NCBI RefSeq assembly: GCF_024521635.1
Contig: NW_026250411.1
Location: forward strand, 1,054,001-1,118,000
Length of the DNA stretch: 64,000 nucleotides
Source: Tricharina praecox
Lineage: Eukaryota
Direction of reading: 5' to 3'
The notes under the pieces were generated by a model. That model saw nothing but the letters and a program-made list of their open reading frames with translations. It was not told the origin of the DNA and searched no databases. Positions within the stretch are counted from its first letter, which is position 1; each line of letters starts with the position of its first letter. Position numbers and translations under genes: made by a program. Shown here piece by piece: positions 53,098 to 64,000 of this stretch.

Positions 53098-56000
53098 ATG
53101 AGTGATCGTGGCGGTAGGGGCCGTGGCGACCGTGGCGGTGGTCGAGGCGGTGGTCGAGGCGACAGAGGTGGCCGTGGCGGCGGAGGTGACCGTGGCGGTT
53201 ACGGAGGCGGCGACCGTGGTGGCGGCCGTGGCGGTGGTTTCGGCGGCTTCGACCGTGGCGGCCGCGGTGGTGGCGGACGCGGTGGAGGACGCGGTGGTGG
53301 TGGTGGAGGCGGTGCTGGTAACACTGGCATCCACAAGAGGTACGTAACATGCCTATCCGCACTCCTTGCAACGCTTTTCGTGTTTTTGTTGTTCATGCTG
53401 ACTGACCGGTGATCTCTCCTTGCAGAGGTGTCGCCCTCAACATCAACCCCAACCAGAAGTCCACCGAGGATGCTCTGGTTAAGCAGATGTCCAGTATGAA
53501 GCTGTCGGCCGTCACGGCTGACACAACCCCTTTGCCACGTCGCCCAGGGTACGGAACCGTCGGTCGTCAGACATGGGTTCGAGCGAACTTCTTTCCGGTT
53601 GACCTGCCGGAAGACGCCGTATTTATGTACGACGTCAAAATCGAGCCCGAGGTCAAGAACAGGAGGAAGCGGAGAAGGCTCTACGACATCCTCGAGAACC
53701 ACCCGGGCTTCAAGGAGTTCTCCAAGCACACGGCGACGGATTATGGCAAGATCATCGTTTCCATGAAGCCGCTGAACCCGAAAGCCCCAGCCACCAAGGA
53801 TGGAGAGAAGGAGGACCGAATCGAGGTCAACATCATCTATACCGACAACGACGCCTCGCCCCCGCCCGCTGAGGGCAAAAACGAGTATAAGTTCCTCATA
53901 AATCGTTCCGCGTACATCGAGCCGTCGGATTTCCAGGACTATGTCAACGGAAGGAACCCCCACTACAGCCCCGAACAGCCCATTCAGGCCATGAACATCA
54001 TCCTGGCCAAGTTCCCATCGAAATCCATCAGCATGGTCCCGGTCGGACGGAACAAGTTCTTCGTCTTGAGTGACGACCAACAGCTGAAGTTCGATCTTGG
54101 GGCCGGACTCATCGCGTTGAAGGGCTTCTACACGTCCATCCGTCCGTCCGTCGGAAACGTGTTGTGTAACTTGAATGTCTGCACGACAGCGTTCTACGAG
54201 TACGTATCCATCTCGGGAAGGGGGGTTCCCCTTACTTTATGCTGATGTTTGGTGTAGACCGATCAATGTGGCGCAGTCAATCATAAAGGCTTCGTACATG
54301 AGAGACGCCGCCCGCGTCCACCCCGGTGCCATCAAGAAGTTGCGGGTCCACTTTCGTCACGTGCGCGTCGAGTATAACTATCTCAAGGACAAGAAGACGG
54401 GGAAACACTTTGCCAGGCAACGATCGATCAATGGCATCTCGTTCCAGACCCCGCGTGAGATCGAGTTTGACGAGGACGACCCCATCCGTGGTACCAAGAA
54501 GAAGACGAACGTCGAGAAGTTTTTCCTAGAGAGTAAGCATGCAATCTTGTGCTTTTACGTTCGACGTTGTCTCTAACCTTTTTTCTACAGAGCACGGCGT
54601 GAATCTCAGGTACCCCATGCTGCCAGCCATTAATGTGGGCTCTGCCCAGCCCGTGTGGATCCCCCCGGAGGTCGCCACTATCGTGCCTGGGCAATATTTC
54701 AATGGGAAGCTGCCAGATGACCTGACCGGTCAGATGATCCGATTTGCTTGCAAACAACCCAAGGAGAATGCCGAGGCGATCGAGAACGTGGGGCTACCCC
54801 GTCTCGGTCTAAAGGGCCAGAATTCTCACATGGTATGACTTCTTTTTTTTGGCTTTTGTCGTTATCGCCGTTCGGAATGCTGACCTAGCCTGTGCCCATA
54901 GGACCCCTTCAAGATGTCCGTTTCTCCGGAAATGATGGTTGTTGCTGCTCGGATTCTGCCCGCCCCGCCCATCACGTACGGGAGTGGGAGCATGCAGCCT
55001 AAAGACGCTTCGTGGAACCTGATGAAGAAGCGGTTCCGGGAAGCGGCGCCGATGGCTAACTGGAGTTACCTGATCATCGAGGACAATTTCCCGATCCCCG
55101 TCGATGCGGTCGTCAACATCATGAAGACCTTTGAGAAGACTTGCAAGGAGTACGGCATGGCAGCCAACCCCCCGACCCTCAAATTCGCAGATGGCAGTTA
55201 TCCCCTCAAGGTGCGCCTGCCTCGCGAACGGGGGCCGATCGACTTGGAGATAGCCATGAAACCGGCGTTCAAGAAACTCCAGGAGAACAACATTCAGATC
55301 ACCTACGTCTTTTTGCCCGGTCAAGAAAAGGGCGTTTACGCTGCGGTGAAGTACTGCGGTGACGTCAAGGCAGGTGTCGGTACGGTTTGCTCTCAGTGGA
55401 ACAAGGTGAACAAGGACAGGGGTCAGGATCAGTACCTGGCCAACGTGGCCTTGAAGTTCAACATGAAGATGGGCGGAACCAACCACACGCTGGCGCCGGC
55501 GCAACTTGGTGACCTGAAGGGCGGCAAGACGATGATCGTAAGTTTTCCAGTGGGGGAACACATTCCCATCGCTCACATGCTTACGATGATATGTTAGGTT
55601 GGATGCGATGTGACCCATCCATCTCCTGGCAGCTTGAAGGGCACGCCTTCGATTGCCGGTGTCGTCGCCAGTTGGGATCCCCAGTTCTCCCAGTACCCCG
55701 CTTCCCTGCGTTTGCAGAAGAGTAAGCAAGAGGTTTGTGCCCCCTGCAAGTATGGTGGGTGTTTCCGGTATTAACCAACACCGACAGATGATCGCCGAGA
55801 TGAAGGAAATGATCTTGGAGCGGCTCAAGTTGTGGTACTCCAAGAACGATAAGCAGTTCCCGGAAAAGATCATCGTCTACCGTGACGGAGTCTCCGAGGG
55901 TATGTTGAATCCATGAAGACGGCGACGCAAAATGCTGACTTTGGGTCGTAGGCCAGTTCCACCAGGTGATCCAAAAAGAATTGCCACAGATCCGGGAAGC

Positions 56001-56591
56001 CTGCCAGTCAGTTCCGCTCAAGGGTTATAATCCCAAGATCACCATCATCATCGTCGGAAAGCGCCATCATACCCGCTTCTACCCCACGGACGACAATGCT
56101 GCCGATGGCAGAACGGGAAATCCTGCGCCTGGAACCTGCGTGGATCGTGGTGTGACGGCAGTGTACGATTTCGACTTCTACCTGCAGGCACATGCGGGTA
56201 TCAAGGGAACCGCTCGACCCGCGCACTACTACGTGATCCACGATGAGAACAAGTTCTCGGCTGATGGACTTCAGACCTTGGTGACTATATGTCCTTTCCC
56301 CCTTCCGTTGACATGTTACTGACTCTTGCTCGACAGACTCACAACCTCTGCTACCTTTTCGGACGAGCAACCAAGAGTGTCAGCATCTGTCCACCAGCAT
56401 ACTACGCCGATTTGGTTTGCGAGCGTGGCCGCTGCTACATTCACGGCCTGCTCACGGGCGGTGACGATGGCGCAAGCTCCATCTCCGGCCAGAGCGACTC
56501 GCAGATCGAGGCTGCGACCTTGGCCAAGGCTCGCAGTCTTTGGGGCAACGGTGTTCACCCAGTTCTCAACCAGACTATGTTCTACCTCTAG
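53098..56591 (+). CDS. Argonaute (QDE-2-like RNAi slicer)
   Basis: Nine exons: 53098-53339, 53426-54199, 54258-54532, 54591-54832, 54902-55537, 55598-55732, 55788-55899, 55952-56280, 56337-56591. RGG N-terminus, [70 protein letters not shown] / SKQEM / [10 protein letters not shown] / KRHHTRFYP / GTARPAHY / PPAYYADL, C-terminal TMFYL. Confidence 0.97.
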
Positions 56592-57512
56592 TTTGTTGGG
56601 TCCTGGATGTTGGGTTTTGAGATTGGTTTTCTTGTGTTTTTTTGCGTTTTGGTCTGAGTGGTCTCCTTCTTTGTCTTGGATGTTTGTTTCTTGGGATTGA
56701 TGATCATTCGTGGCCTGGTTTTGGTTTTTTGGTTTCCGTTTTTCTCGTTTGTGTCTTTCTTTGCTTTTTGTACGGCTGTGGAGGGGGAGCTGCTCATCTC
56801 AACTATGCGCAGAGGCTTCTTCGGGGGACGGATGGAAAATATAACGGTTTTGACCCCGTCGGGACGTTGCGCACCATTCAACTGGTCGTAATGGTTCTGC
56901 GGGGGGTTTTCCACTTGTTTTGTTGTGCATGGACGTGGGCGTGATGTGATGTAATCCCTTGGATCGTCGATACCAAAGCGCCGGTGGGGGAGGTGGGGGA
57001 GACGAAGGAACGTCAAGAGGCACTGGCAACAGCACTCGCCATCAGCCTGACCTCACCACGCACCTACCAACCCATCCTAATCCTCCAGAGTCCACTTCTA
57101 AGTACCTACTTCAGTTGTCAAGCAAGGCCGTATGCGACAACAAATCGATGCTATCTCACTCGTCTTCTTCGGTCTTCATTCTTCCACGGTTCCACCCCAT
57201 CCCGCCAACATACGTAACCTTTTGTCTTCCATGCCAGTGCCACAACCACCAACAGACAGAATCAAAAACGTTGGTTTCTGCACTGTCTAGGGCTCACCGA
57301 GATTTGGGGCGTCACCTTCGAGAATATGCACCACTACTATCACAGGAAACGTTCGCTTTTCCCAACTGATGACTGGCGTCATTACTGGGCTCTGAAATAT
57401 CACTTGGCTCGGGCGATCTCATGGAATGAATTAAGGGCGCCACAACTTGGATAGCTAAGTAGCGATGATTCGTATGTATGTATGATACAAAGATCACATT
57501 TCCATCGCTCAC

Positions 57513-58220
57513 TCACACCTGCTTACTATGATCCCACTGATCCGCATCTTCATGGACCTCCGGGCTCCTAATATCCTTCCTCAGCTCCCTCTTCCTCTCC
57601 CTATCCGTACCGAACCTCTCATCCCTATCCTTGACCAGCTTCTTAAACCCCTCCGTCTCGTTCAGCAAACTCTGCATAAGCATCGGTCTCCCCAGCGGCA
57701 GCGTATCTCCCCGATCCACCTGCCACAGATGCCACGTCTTTCCATACAGCCCGACCACCTCCCTCATCTCCTGCGTCTCCGCCTTTTCCCAGAGCATTTC
57801 CGGCATCAAGCTCCCCTTCGGTCTCGGCATGATCAACATACCAGACTTAACCTCGAACACATGCGAGTGCCACAGCTTCCTCTCCTCGCTGTCGAGCGTC
57901 GCATACAGCTCGGGCGTGATCATGTACTCGACGCCGATCAGCCGCGCGTTGGGTAAAGGTGAGTCGTAGATTATGCACTGGCGAACGTCCGATGATACGT
58001 GCGCGCAGTAGTGTTGTGCCTCGACGGCCCGTGAGGGGTCCGAAGCGTACACGTGGAACGCGTTGAGGAAGGCGCAGATGTTGCTGGTTGGCAAGAATTC
58101 TTGCACGAGCGAGGCGCCTGTTTCAAGGATCTTTTGCTCGGTGGTCACAGGGCCCCGGCCGGCGGTGGACGGGTTCGTCTGCGTGTCGAATGCCCCCGGG
58201 ATGGGTGTGTGGTCGCACAT
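57513..58220 (-). CDS. DUF1264 / oil body-associated protein (OBAP)-like
   Basis: Single exon, 235 aa. ICAFLNAFHVYASDPSRAVEAQHYCAH..DVRQCIIYDS...ARLIGVEYMI...EERKLWHSHVFEVKSGMLIMP, YGKTWHLWQVDRGDTLPLG. Confidence 0.92.
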   Translation of the reverse strand: MCDHTPIPGAFDTQTNPSTAGRGPVTTEQKILETGASLVQEFLPTSNICAFLNAFHVYASDPSRAVEAQHYCAHVSSDVRQCIIYDSPLPNARLIGVEYMITPELYATLDSEERKLWHSHVFEVKSGMLIMPRPKGSLMPEMLWEKAETQEMREVVGLYGKTWHLWQVDRGDTLPLGRPMLMQSLLNETEGFKKLVKDRDERFGTDRERKRELRKDIRSPEVHEDADQWDHSKQV

Positions 58221-58534
58221 GCTGGGTGGTGGTGGTGGTTGTGATGGTGGTAATGGGCGGTAGTTGTGTGCTTGTGGTAATGGGTGGTGGTTGTGTGCTT
58301 GTGGAAGGCGAGGGCTGTGAGTTGAGCTGCGGTTGGAGTTGGAGTGCGGGCCGGACGGGGTCGTTTCTTATACGAGTGCTTGGTGATCGTTGACGTCACG
58401 GTGATGAGGGTGCATACGGGCACGGGTCGATCACATCACATCACATCGCATCACACACCCCGCCCGCTGGATTGTTTTTGCGGAGAGGGAGGGAGTATGG
58501 CAACCATTTCCACAGAGAAGTAGAGAATTGGAAA

Positions 58535-58717
58535 AGAGAGAGAGAGATCTTCCTGTTTTATTTCGCATGCAGCCTACCTACATTCTAGACTATGGCGAAC
58601 CAACGAACTCCTTTCCCTGCCCGCCCTGGCCAGTCGAGGTGAAAGCCCCGGTACCGAACAGTCCGATGCGGCGCCCCACTTCCCCTGCCCATCCGTCTCG
58701 GGCCGACACAAGCAAAA
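58535..58717 (-). mobile_element. Non-LTR retroelement 3' fragment (LINE 3' end or SINE), copy 1, 183 bp
   Basis: Flanked by an exact 14-bp TSD TAGAGAATTGGAAA (58521-58534, 58718-58731). The minus strand ends ...GCGAAATAAAACAGGAAGA(TC)n. Highly similar to 63495-63681. Confidence 0.85.
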
Positions 58718-59696
58718 TAGAGAATTGGAAATTTGCGAGGGTTGCGGAATGGACGGCCGAGTGATATGTGCCAGAACCAGAACTACGATATATACGGTGA
58801 TATTGAAAGACCCAAAAACGGGTGAAGGTTGAAAAACGTGATCAAAGAAAAGAAAAACCTGAGGGCAATGATGATAGTAGGTACAAGGTGATGATCCGAT
58901 AAGGACCAGAGACCGACGACAGGAAGAAAGAAATAGTGACAACAGAGACAGATAATCGTTGAATGACCGACCGTAATGGGTTTAGATCGGTTCCACCAGG
59001 TCCCTACAAGGTCGACGACCTTCGGCGCTCACCGATAGCACGAAGACACCAAGCCGCCTCTGTCTCTGCGCCTCGAATTAAGTAGGAATCCCAGTGAATT
59101 GCCGCTCCAGAATGTACCTTCGGCTCGTGCTCGTGCTCATACTCCTGCTCGTGCTCGAACAGCGCAGTGAACGATCCATCAAACCTCAGGACTTGACGCA
59201 TGCAGAAGTGGATATCTCCGAGTCGAGTCAGTAGATAGCAAAGTTTCCTACTAGACCGACCGACCGACCGGCCTAGCACGAAGTTTAGCTCTAGATCAAC
59301 GACAGACTTTCCCACCCAAAATTGGGGTGCTAGATGGTGAGGGTGAGGTCAACCTTCTTCCTGACAAAGTGAGTTAACTATAGCGAGAAGAAGCATGGTC
59401 TTGCCACATTTCATTCGCAAGAGGACAAGTCCTTGTGCGTTCACAGACGGGCAAGGAAGTGGTTTTTTCGGTCCACGGCTTCGAGCAGTTCACACCCGGC
59501 ACCAATTTACGGTAAAACGCTTGCTGAGGAGGCCGAGGTCGATCTCACGGTAATTTTCTCCTCAGGCCAACCCGAGCATCTGTTCTATCACGCTGATTGA
59601 TCTTATGCAAAATCTCGCCGCTTGACCGAGTGGGTATTGTAATTTGTGGCCGGATTTTGGAACATATTCAACAGAAATACAACCAACCAACACAGC

Positions 59697-60521
59697 TTAT
59701 ACCCCCTCCACCTGCATCCAACTCTCCCTCTCCAACACCTCATCCTCCTCCTCCATCTCATCCTCCTCCCACATTCCACCCTCCTCCATCTCCTCCTCCT
59801 CATCCTCCACCTCATCCTCCACCTCATCCTCCACCTCATCCTCCACCTCCACCTCGGCCTCCACCTCCATCTCGACCTGGTCCTCATCCTCGTCCTCCTC
59901 CTCCTCCACCACCTCATTCACCCCCTCCTTCAACCTAACCACGATCTCAAACTTCTCCTCCCACCCGCCCAGACAAAGCTTCAGCACCTCCATCGCCAGC
60001 AGCCTGACCATTTCGGGATCCGCCCCCTCCCGCACCTTCAACCGCGGCAACATCCCCTTCCCCTCATCCATCCCCTCACCCATCCCCCAATCCTTACCCT
60101 CCCCTTTCCCCATCCCTCCATCCTCCCCCTTCTCCTTCGCCCCACTTCCCACACCCCCCACACCCCCCTCCCCCCGCCGCTCCGACTCAGCCACCGACTC
60201 CCTCCGAGCACCAACAGCAGCCAGAAGCCGTGCGCTCTCGCGCGCAATAAACAGCGCGAGCCACAGCTGCGCCAGCGCAATGAGCAGGAGGACCATCATG
60301 GGCATCAACGACGCGGCAGCTACGTCTGCGGCTGTGGCTGTGGTCGTTGGCATGGGTGGTGGTGTGGGTGGTGGTGTGGCTGATGGTGTGGTGGCCGCGC
60401 TCGAGCCCGAGCCCGAGAGGATGGTGAAGGGGTGGGGGATGGTGAACGGGAAGGGGAGCGGGAGGGGGAAGTGGAGTGGGATGGGGAGTGGGAGGGGGAA
60501 GGGGGAATGGAGGTTGAACAT
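59697..60521 (-). CDS. Hypothetical single-pass membrane protein with acidic tail
   Basis: ATG 60521 in AAAATG context. P/F-rich N-terminus, TM-like MVLLLIALAQLWLALFIA, E/D-rich repeat C-terminus. Largely low complexity. Confidence 0.5.
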   Translation of the reverse strand: MFNLHSPFPLPLPIPLHFPLPLPFPFTIPHPFTILSGSGSSAATTPSATPPPTPPPMPTTTATAADVAAASLMPMMVLLLIALAQLWLALFIARESARLLAAVGARRESVAESERRGEGGVGGVGSGAKEKGEDGGMGKGEGKDWGMGEGMDEGKGMLPRLKVREGADPEMVRLLAMEVLKLCLGGWEEKFEIVVRLKEGVNEVVEEEEDEDEDQVEMEVEAEVEVEDEVEDEVEDEVEDEEEEMEEGGMWEEDEMEEEDEVLERESWMQVEGV

Positions 60522-62256
60522 TTTTGCTTTGCTGCTAGCGGGATTGGTGCTGAATATGTGGTGGTGGTGGTGGTGGTGGAGAGGTGGGTGGTACTTTGCT
60601 GGCCGGGAGGGAGGGGGATGGGGGGGGTTATATGCCCCCCCAAGGTGGACAAAGAAAGTTAAGACTTGCCAAACTACGCCGAAGGTTAACTCTTTCTGCC
60701 CCTGAGATGTACGATATTCTGCGGGCCTGGGCACTGGACTGGGCACTGGATTGGGCACTGGACTGGAATTGGGTTCGGTATACGTGTCTGTTGGTGCGAG
60801 TGACAGTTATGTGACAGACTACCTACCGTAGGTATTGAAGCACCGGGGGTGAGCTCGGGCAACTTCTGGATGACCAATTGAGTTGGCTAGAAACGGCAAA
60901 GAAAGAAAAGCAGCCTGTGTTCTTCAGGTGGAGATCCTTGAGTACCTCCGTGAGGTTGTATAACGGACACAAGTGGATAAGGTCTATGATGGAGGTGTGT
61001 AGACCAACCGACCAACCGACCATAAAAAGTAGCAACATCTCAACGTTGGACCAACCAAATCGGGTCTGGCCCCCCGAGGCCCACAGTTCCTACCTACACA
61101 CTTATATAAAGACAGTGTATGATAGTAGATACGGAAGTAAAACAAAGTGTAAAATACAAAAGGACACGTTATGATAGTTGTGAGAGTTGTGAGAGTTGTG
61201 AGCTTGTGATAACGAGCTTGACTAGGTAATCTCTTAGTGCCGTGGCCGCAGCCAAACCTACTATGATGGATAGCCACGGTCGCCCACCGTCACCGGTGCT
61301 TCTACAGTGTCGTCGTCGTCGTTGGCGGCGGCGGCGGCGGCGTTGAGTCGTGGTGTGGTGTGAAGGGCATGCAGGGCAGTCCGGCCGCGAGTCATGAGGT
61401 CGCACTCGGTGCAGATACACGGAGGTAGGGATCATCCGAGGATCGGCCGTGCCTGATCAATGAATGAACAAAAAACGATCGGCAATGCCTAGTCACGGCT
61501 TGTCTCAAGCGGGTGGAGGAACTGATGATCGCCAGACACTATACTTCGTAGGCAGTCGAGAGGCGTAGGCACTGGGTTCTCCAGTCTTCCCTTGTCACCC
61601 CCGGTCCGGTACCAGACAGTACGGTTGTCTAGCAGCAGAAAGCCAGTGGTACTGGTCAGTACTCTGCATTACCTATCAGTACAGCAGAGGAAAATGTGAG
61701 CGGGGCGTGCCCTTGCTGATTAGGACTGTTCGCGCCCTGCACCTAATCAGGTCATGAATACGCCCGCCATAGGTGAGAGTGGTGGTGGGGTGGGGTAGAT
61801 TAGTGATATGATAAGCTACGATCTGATAGTAAATTCCAGCGTCAATAGCAACGACGACCGAGTGATCTAGCGGAATTGGCTGTGAGCGTCAAACAAACAC
61901 ACTAAAATTAGGGCAACGGCTAGTGGCCAACCTCATCCATAAAACCCGCGAGAATTTCCGCCAGAACACTTCTTCTCCTTTCCACATCACACACAACCTT
62001 AGTTCAAAAAATCTCCTGCTGCCTTCTTTGAGAAAACATCAGAACCATTCTCACGACTTAGGTTTGTCTTCTCTGCTCCATCTCTCCAACGTTTCCACAA
62101 AACTGACCAGCTCTTCTCCCTCCAGCATTCCCACACCAAGATGGACGAAGACCAGATATCCGCTGCTCGCATGGAGGTCGCACAAGAAGAGTAGCTAGGT
62201 TTCCCAGTCAAGCACCATTTCCCAGTCAGTCACCGCCTGATTCCTTCGACCAGACG

Positions 62257-63145
62257 ATGTCTAGTACCTCCACTCAGGCCGCTGTGCCTCGCTGTGCCTC
62301 GCTGTGCCTCGCTGTGCCTCGCTGTGCCTCGCTGTGCCTCGCTGTGCCTCGCTGTGCCTCGCTGTGCCTCGCTGTGCCTCGCTGTGCCTCGCTGTGCCTC
62401 GCTGTGCCTCGCTGTGCCTCGCTGTGCCTCGCTGTGCCTCGCTGTGCCTCGCTGTGCCTCGCTGTGCCTCCGTGCGCCCCAGGTCCCGACCTGCTGCACG
62501 CACTGCACCCCCACGGTGCTGGAGCCGATACATCCACTGCCTTCGGTCAAGCTCAGCCAAGTTCATACGGCCAGACTACATCCACTGCCTTCGGTCAAGC
62601 TCAGGCTGGTTTATCCGCTCGTGCTTAGGCCACCGCAAAAGCTCAGGCAGCTGCAAAGACTATTCTCCGCTCCAGCTCAGTCTGCTTCCTCTGCGCGGGC
62701 TCAGCATACTTCGCGTGTGATCACGTCGGCTCCATTCAGTCGCTTTGTGAGCGCCACCCCGACTGCACCGATGTTTGCTGCCGCTCCGGCTCAGTCTAGT
62801 TCCTTTGGTCAGGCTGCTTCCATCGGCCAGGCTACGTCGGCTGCCTTCAGTCAGGCGCAGCCTACCTCCTCCGGTCAGACTCAGTCTGGCCCCTCCACTC
62901 AGGTCGCTGTGCCTCCGTGCGGCTGCCCCGGCAGTCGCCATGGCGTATGCCCAGGTCCCGACCTGGAGTACGCACCGCACCCCCACGGTGCTGGAGGCGA
63001 TGCTCGCCAACCCCCGTGGTCCGCCATCGGGGTACCATCGAGTCACTTTTTGGAAGGCCTTGAATATGGGTGCAAACCCGTTTTCAGCGACGGTGCCCTT
63101 TTGGTACGGCCACGGGCCAGTGACGATGCTGGATGTCGAGATTGA
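62257..63145 (+). pseudogene. Decayed S/A/Q-rich gene fragment (AFGQ-type repeats, internal duplication) with a TAG at 62626-62628 and a frameshift near 62660
   Basis: The same repeat vocabulary (STAFGQAQ, SSFGQA, AFSQAQ, SARAQ) continues across two frames. The segments at ~62266-62530 and ~62893-63000 are paralogous. Confidence 0.45.
62281..62470. repeat. Perfect minisatellite (GCTGTGCCTC) x19
   Basis: Directly visible, 190 nt. Confidence 0.97.
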
Positions 63146-63494
63146 CGAGAGGAGGATGAAGGCGGGGTGCTGAGCGTGAGGGATGGCCTGGGGGCGGGGG
63201 GTGGCGGGAGGTGCTTTTTTCCCGTGGGTCTTTTTTTTTCTTCTTCCGGGTGGGTTTTCCTCGTGATTTTTTTGTTGTTTTGCCTGATTTTTTCGGGCTT
63301 TTTTGTTGTTCTCATGTTGTATGGCTTTTTTTTTTTTTGTTGGCCGGCTTTTTGTATTAATTTTAAAAGTTCTTTTTTCCATATTTGGGGTGTGTTTTTT
63401 GGGGTGTTTTGGGGATGTTTTGGGGTTCTTTTTCTTCTCTTCTCTGCGGAGTATGTACTATAGTGTAGACAGTGGGGCAGTGGGCGGTGGGCAG

Positions 63495-63845
63495 AAAGAG
63501 AGAGATCTTCCTGTTTTATTTCGCATGCGGCCTACCTATCTAGACTATGGCGAACCCACGAACCCACGAACTCCGTTTCCTGCCCGCCCTGGCCAGTCGA
63601 GCTGAAAGCCCCGGTACCGATCAGTCCGATGCGGTGCCCCACTTCCCCTGCCCATCCGCCTCGTGCCGACACAAGCAAAAAGTAGATTGGTAGTAAAGAC
63701 CGGTATGAGCCTACATGCCCGCTCTTCCTGCTGCTCCCTCGCCTCTCCCCCGTTTTCCGCTTCCACTCCACGCCACTATCACCGCGTATCCTCATCTCCT
63801 ACTTCCTCGCACCGGCCGCAAACGCAGTACCCTGCTGGGCACTCG
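63495..63845 (-). mobile_element. Non-LTR retroelement 3' fragment, copy 2 (~350 bp, longest)
   Basis: 63495-63681 matches copy 1. The left flank GGGCAGTGGGCGGTGGGC recurs at ~63930-63947 beyond copy 3, consistent with a TSD later split by copy 3. The right boundary is inferred. Confidence 0.7.
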
Positions 63846-63857
63846 GGCAGTGGGCAG

Positions 63858-63923
63858 AGAGAGAGAGAGAGAGATCTTCCTGTTTTATTTCGCATGCAGC
63901 CTAATTAGACCATGGCGAACCAA
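63858..63923 (-). mobile_element. Non-LTR retroelement 3' fragment, copy 3, 66 bp
   Basis: Exact 12-bp TSD GGCAGTGGGCAG (63846-63857, 63924-63935); same 3' end with a longer (TC)n tail. Confidence 0.8.
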
Positions 63924-64000
63924 GGCAGTGGGCAGTGGGCGGTGGGCGGTGGGCACAGTGTCCGAGCACGGGCGTCGGGTGCTCTTTCATGACTGACTGA

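Noticed and set aside
56589..56656. Argonaute TAG readthrough giving a hydrophobic tail
   Set aside because: Hydrophobicity follows from the T-rich UTR, the stop context is not a known readthrough motif, and Argonaute needs its free C-terminus.
58600..58717. Possible ribozyme in the repeated element (GAAA loop, GC-rich stems)
   Set aside because: Could not fit a hammerhead (CUGAUGA/GAAA) or HDV-like topology by eye; needs an Infernal search.
59639..59650. TAATTTGTGG Sm-site-like motif (U1-like)
   Set aside because: No ATACTTACCTG 5' end or U1 stem-loops; it lies antisense to a probable 3' UTR.
62281..62470. Regular repeat array as CRISPR-like
   Set aside because: Head-to-tail 10-mers without spacers in a eukaryote; it is a minisatellite.

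Overview
This is eukaryotic, intron-rich fungal DNA (short GT..CTRAC..YAG introns). It is most consistent with a filamentous ascomycete, possibly Pezizomycetes; that placement is an inference. The left ~41 kb is a gene-dense housekeeping block. It holds Phe-tRNA synthetase alpha, an intact ubiquitin fused to an AN1 zinc finger, an RNPS1-like SR/RRM protein, UTP14, MNN9, a 939-aa secreted Kex2-type preproprotein, a GT8 glycosyltransferase, VTI1, RPL3, GGPP synthase, WBP1, SAM35, TIM9 and a Sac7-type RhoGAP. The right ~23 kb is gene-sparse and accessory-like. It holds two adjacent apparent pseudoenzymes (a Rossmann/6PGD-like gene frameshifted at a G12 run, and an RNase H-like gene lacking 3 of 4 catalytic acids), a disrupted small secreted Cys-rich gene, a 9-exon DEDD Argonaute and a DUF1264/OBAP gene. 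It also holds three nested 5'-truncated copies of a (TC)n-tailed non-LTR retroelement (two with exact target-site duplications) and a gene fragment carrying a 19x10-bp minisatellite. Exon structures were derived by hand from splice signals and family identities by motif recognition; no database searches were run. No tRNA, rRNA or CRISPR features were supportable.
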